Positions 59,920-64,000 of a stretch of 64,000 bases of DNA are shown piece after piece. The stretch lies in assembly GCA_020137815.1 (NCBI GenBank), contig CM035352.1:744001-808000 (forward strand). Reading direction: 5' to 3'. A program made the position numbers and the translations under genes. The notes below the pieces were generated by a model. That model saw only the letters and a list, made by a program, of their open reading frames with translations, was not told where the DNA came from and did no database searches. This stretch comes from Hormiphora californensis (Eukaryota; Animalia; Ctenophora). How positions within the stretch are numbered: position 1 is the first letter of the stretch; the number at the start of each line of letters is the position of its first letter.

Positions 59920-61555
59920 ATGTCTGAATTGATTGAGCCTATTGAGGATTTTGATAGTGCCGACGTAGTCTCTACTGCCCCTAGTATTCCTAGATACTCC
60001 TTTAATTTTGTAAAAATTATTGTTGGTGGTGATGTTTTCAAAACTCAGAAGGTAGAGTTATTGGTTATGTGGGATGCTCAAAAGCAGCCATTGCATGGCT
60101 TTCCGAGCTGGAATCGCCAGCATTCCTAAAAAGCGTCATTCAAATTCTTCAGAGCTGGACAGTCCAGCTAGGATAGCCACACACACACAAATTCTTTTTA
60201 AATATAATGTCTGTCGTATAGTTCTAAGCAAACGGCTCATTTGAATTAAATCGGCACAATCACCGCCCATTTTGTCTGTTTCAGGAGACTCTAGAGCGAT
60301 ATCCTGAGACTCTGTTGGGATCTTCAGGAAAGGAAAAGTACTGGGTGGAAGATAGGGATGCATACGTCTTTGCAGAGCGCTGCAGAAGAAGCTTTGAATC
60401 AATTCTGTACTTTTACCAAAGTAATGGGATACTCAGTCAACCTAAAAATATCTACGGAGAAAGCTTCTTTGATGAACTTAACTTTTTCAAGGTACCCTGT
60501 TCAAAATGGCGGCTCCTTTCTGTTCCGTACTACCGGCCATTACTATCAAGCTGGAAACACAGCAACTAATTTCAGATTCCATTTGATACGCTGAGAATAA
60601 TCGGTGGAAATACATCATCCTTTGATAAACGTGGAATTGTAAGCATTTCATTACTTCATCATCCACCCTCCTACAAAACATCCACTTATGATGCTGTTGC
60701 CCCTCCCGATTTAATAGGATTCATCCCCTCAGGGAGCCTCTAGTTGGACATACTATTACAACAATGCCGAGGTGAAGATTGCCTACCCGCCACGCAACTT
60801 CAGATACACACGACTCTATACCACCCTGTTCGGGGGTCGCAACTGGTTTTATAAGGTACTGTGTGATTTTAAATGACTGAGACTGGTATATTGCGAATTG
60901 CGTGAAAACTATGGCATCTTTCGACTTCAAATTTTGGGACATGATAAAACTAGGTTGTAGCAATTTTCTCCTAGTTTACAGCAAATTTCAATGTTCCTGA
61001 ATGAATCTATTGCCAAAAAACCTCCTCCAACTTTACACGGTCATATCTAATGAGATAGAGAGTTTAAATTTTTAGGAGAGACAGATAGACGATTTCGAAT
61101 GTTTTGTCTGCTTTACGAATTGCTAACTTTTACTTCGTTTGTTCACAGGAACTGTTTAAAGTGATGTAACACGCTCTAATTAGGCCAAATTTAGGTCATT
61201 TTACCCCTCAAAGATCACATGTCCAGCTGCATCTAGTGGGCTAATGAGGCCTTGAACACGCATACGTCACGTGTTACTGCAGGTCTACACTGTAGTCTGC
61301 CTGGTTTTTACAGCTTGTTACCACTTCCAGACACCATGATCATGTCTGCTGGTTCGAGATGGAAAAGGAGAGCTGTAGACTCTAGACTCTACAGCTCTCC
61401 TTTTCCATCTTGAACCAGCAGACATGATCATGGTGTCTGGAAGTGGTAACAAGCTGTAAAAACCAGGCAGACTAGATGCTCTCTACTTCAACGTATCACT
61501 CTCTCCCTTTCTCGTTATAAGGTCACGTGACTGGAATTGGGATCGCGACATGGGC

Positions 61556-61607
<52 letters not shown>

Positions 61608-61617
61608 GAGAGAGAAA

Positions 61618-61653
<36 letters not shown>

Positions 61654-62615
61654 ACGCTTTGTAGACATTGTTATCATGTCGAGATCCCAATTCCAGTCAC
61701 GTGACCTTATAGCGAGAAAGGGAGAGAGTGAAACGTTGAAGTAGAGAGCATCTAGTCTGTCTGGTTTTCTACAGCTTGTTACCACTTCCAGACACCATGA
61801 TCATGTCTGCTGGTTCAAGATGGAAAAGGAGAGCTGTAGCCCTACTGCAGTAGCACTTGACGTATGCGTGTTCAAGGCCTCATTAGCCCACTAGAAGCAG
61901 CTGGACATGTGATCTTTGAGGGGTAAAATGACCTAAATTTGGCCTAATTAGAGCGTGTTACATCACTTTAAACAGTTCCTGTGAACAAACGGTAAAAGTT
62001 AGCAACTCGTAAAGCAGACAAAACATTCGAAATAGTCTATCTGTCTCTCCTAAAAATTTGAACTCTCTATCTCATTAGATATGACCGTGTAAAGTTGGAG
62101 GAGGTTTTTTGGCAATAGATTCATTCAGGAACATTGAACTTTTATTTGCTGTAAAACTAGGAGAAAATTGCTACAACCTAGTTTTATCATGTCCCAAAAT
62201 TTGAAGTCGAAAGATGCCATAGTTTTCACGCAATTCGCAATATACCAGTCTCAGTCATTTAAAATCACACAGTACTTCACATAATTATAAATTCAGGCTA
62301 AATAAATTACCTATTGGTTGGTTTGGCTTGCCTAGAACATTTATATGCCATATATATGGCAGAGAGAGAGAGCGATAGAGAGGGAGAGAGAGAAGCATGG
62401 CAAATGGGACAGGACACAGAACCCAATAATAACCCCCGAACAGAATCTATTTTCTCAGTTAGTAATGGGCTGTGATCTTGTGTCTACGGTTCTCTTTGTA
62501 TTCTGCCATATTGTCTCCACAATCACGAAGACGGATGAGGAGGGAAATGAGGGAAAGTACATCCCTGATGTTATCAGTTCTGGAATTGAGATCACCTGTA
62601 TCATCTGGATTATCA
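59920..62615 (+). CDS. Shaker-like voltage-gated K+ channel, 5' part (T1, S1, start of S2); probably continues beyond window
   Basis: Exons 59920-60051, 60285-60491, 60576-60638, 60718-60771, 62459-62615; VKIIVGGDVFKTQK|ETLERYPETLLG, SFESILYFYQSNGILSQP, DELNFF; S2-like IEITCIIW. Confidence 0.8.
60859..62272. mobile_element. 1.4-kb foldback element (TA flanks) in the Kv intron
   Basis: TA|CTGTGTGATTTTAAATGACTG...CAGTCATTTAAAATCACACAG|TA; ~420-bp outer arms; inner nested palindromes around (AG)n(TG)n. Confidence 0.9.
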
Positions 62616-62687
62616 GTGAGTTACCGGCCCCAGGGGATTTTGTTTTTCAACCAGTCTTCAGTATTTTACCAGGGATAACTCCCAGAT

Positions 62688-63339
62688 TTTTTCCCTGCCC
62701 GGGTGATTGCCGAAGGCAATCACCCGGGATGATGTTTTTAGCACGCACGTGCTAAAAAGATCATTCAGGGTTTAGAAATCAGCAGATTGTGTAATTAACT
62801 AAAATGTCCGTCCGTCCGTCTGTCCACCGTTACGCATAGTAACAAAGTCTGCTCCTTCATAAAACTTTCAGCTCGCACTTTGTTGATGCAACAAAGGAAA
62901 TGATTAACACGCATTGTGGCGCGCAATTACTCACTCATAACACTTCCTACTTTCACCTGAAATCACTTTGGGTACCCTACAACCGTACCATGGCGTGGTA
63001 GAAAGTCTTCTAAGCATGAAACTACTATCACACAATAATTGTAAGTGACTGGAGTTAAGATGAGGGTAATATAAAGTTGAAGCACTTGGTAACCAACTAG
63101 GGTCTCCTAAGTAACTGTCTTGGTTATCATAGCAACTGCCTTGGTTACCATAGCAACTGCTTTGAATACCATAGCAACCACCCTGGATACCATAGCAACT
63201 AACATCGTATCAGCCAAAAATTGCTCTTTGAGTGCAAAATTCATCGGGAAATCCAGTTTTGAAGCTTAGTCATCAATTTTACATCTATCTGAGGCAGGGA
63301 AACACCGCATTATGAATACATAATGCAATAATTCTTGTT
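62688..63339 (+). mobile_element. Helentron-associated element (HINE/DINE-1-like)
   Basis: 5' T-run + subTIR TTCCCTGCC, GCCGAAGGC hairpin, (GTCY)n at ~62806-62825, 3' subTIR GGCAGGGAA, palindrome GCATTATGAATACATAATGC, TCTTGTT end. Confidence 0.85.
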
Positions 63340-63550
63340 ATCGTATCGTAACTTGCCCCATCATTTTCGACATCCCCTGTTTCAGTTCACTACGTGTCGG
63401 GAATGTTGGTCGCTGAACAAAGAATCAAATACATGACTAGTTTCATGCCCCTTGTTGACGCGTGTATTGTTATGGCGTTTATTATTGACTGCCTGATACA
63501 CTTTGTATCCAAGGATCCTCCAGATTGGGTTAGTTAACATCCAACTGATA

Positions 63551-63737
63551 CAGGGTGTTCATATGGGATCTTTACAAGCGTTGGGTTTCACCCAGAAAAA
63601 AGTTGACAAATTTAGCTCATGAAACTTCATACTTGGACTATTCTATACCCTCATTCAAGGTTCCTGGGAATTTTGGAGTTCTAGCACCCCCGAAAGTGTG
63701 TTTTTGGCATCAAAACTACCAGAAAGAATTTTCTGCT
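63551..63737 (+). mobile_element. Truncated copy of the 18657-19292 MITE
   Basis: TA|CAGGGTGTTCAT...; matches the left arm for ~185 bp. Confidence 0.8.
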
Positions 63738-64000
63738 ATAGTATCTACAAGTTTGTCAGGCAAATTAAAAATCGCACTTTACTGTTTGTATAAAAGTAGG
63801 TGTCAAATACTTTTAATTTCCCATGCCAGGGGAAGATTATTATACTGCCGGGTGCCGTTAAATCTGGGTCCGACTGTAGCTTTTTTTATTGGGTTCTTAT
63901 CTCAAACATTAATTTAGGTCCTCTGATTAAAGAGCACCTCTAAAGATTGAATATATCCTAAATTCTGGGATATGGTAGAATAGACAGTAACTGATACTCC

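Overview
Compact, intron-containing animal genomic DNA, not prokaryotic. The style suggests a ctenophore (inference): short GT-AG introns, a nested intronic gene, a splice acceptor just before almost every ATG, and a divergent Shaker-like channel. Genes rebuilt by hand: tomosyn/STXBP5 (5' exon not located), a tetraspanin, a small TAB2/3-like coiled-coil+NZF protein, a PDZ-then-LRR protein, AMDHD2, a secreted Cu/Zn SOD, OTUD6B, TBP, rabaptin-5 with a C-terminal FYVE domain hosting an antisense calmodulin-like gene, two tandem Sulfotransfer_2-family genes and the 5' part of a Shaker-like Kv channel. Introns and spacers hold two 33-bp satellites (1.8 and 8.9 kb), two large foldback elements, many palindromic MITEs, Helitrons, Helentron-type elements and an R4/Dong-type retroelement inserted in (AG)n. 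Three signals stand out. (1) Three separate +1 frameshifts in otherwise intact tomosyn, each at an in-frame CCG codon (recoding versus assembly error). (2) Minisatellites built from the splice sites themselves, giving up to 15 decoy donors or 6 decoy acceptors. (3) A 3.2-kb palindrome between a putative branch point and its acceptor. Exon models and family calls are by eye from remembered motifs; no searches were run.
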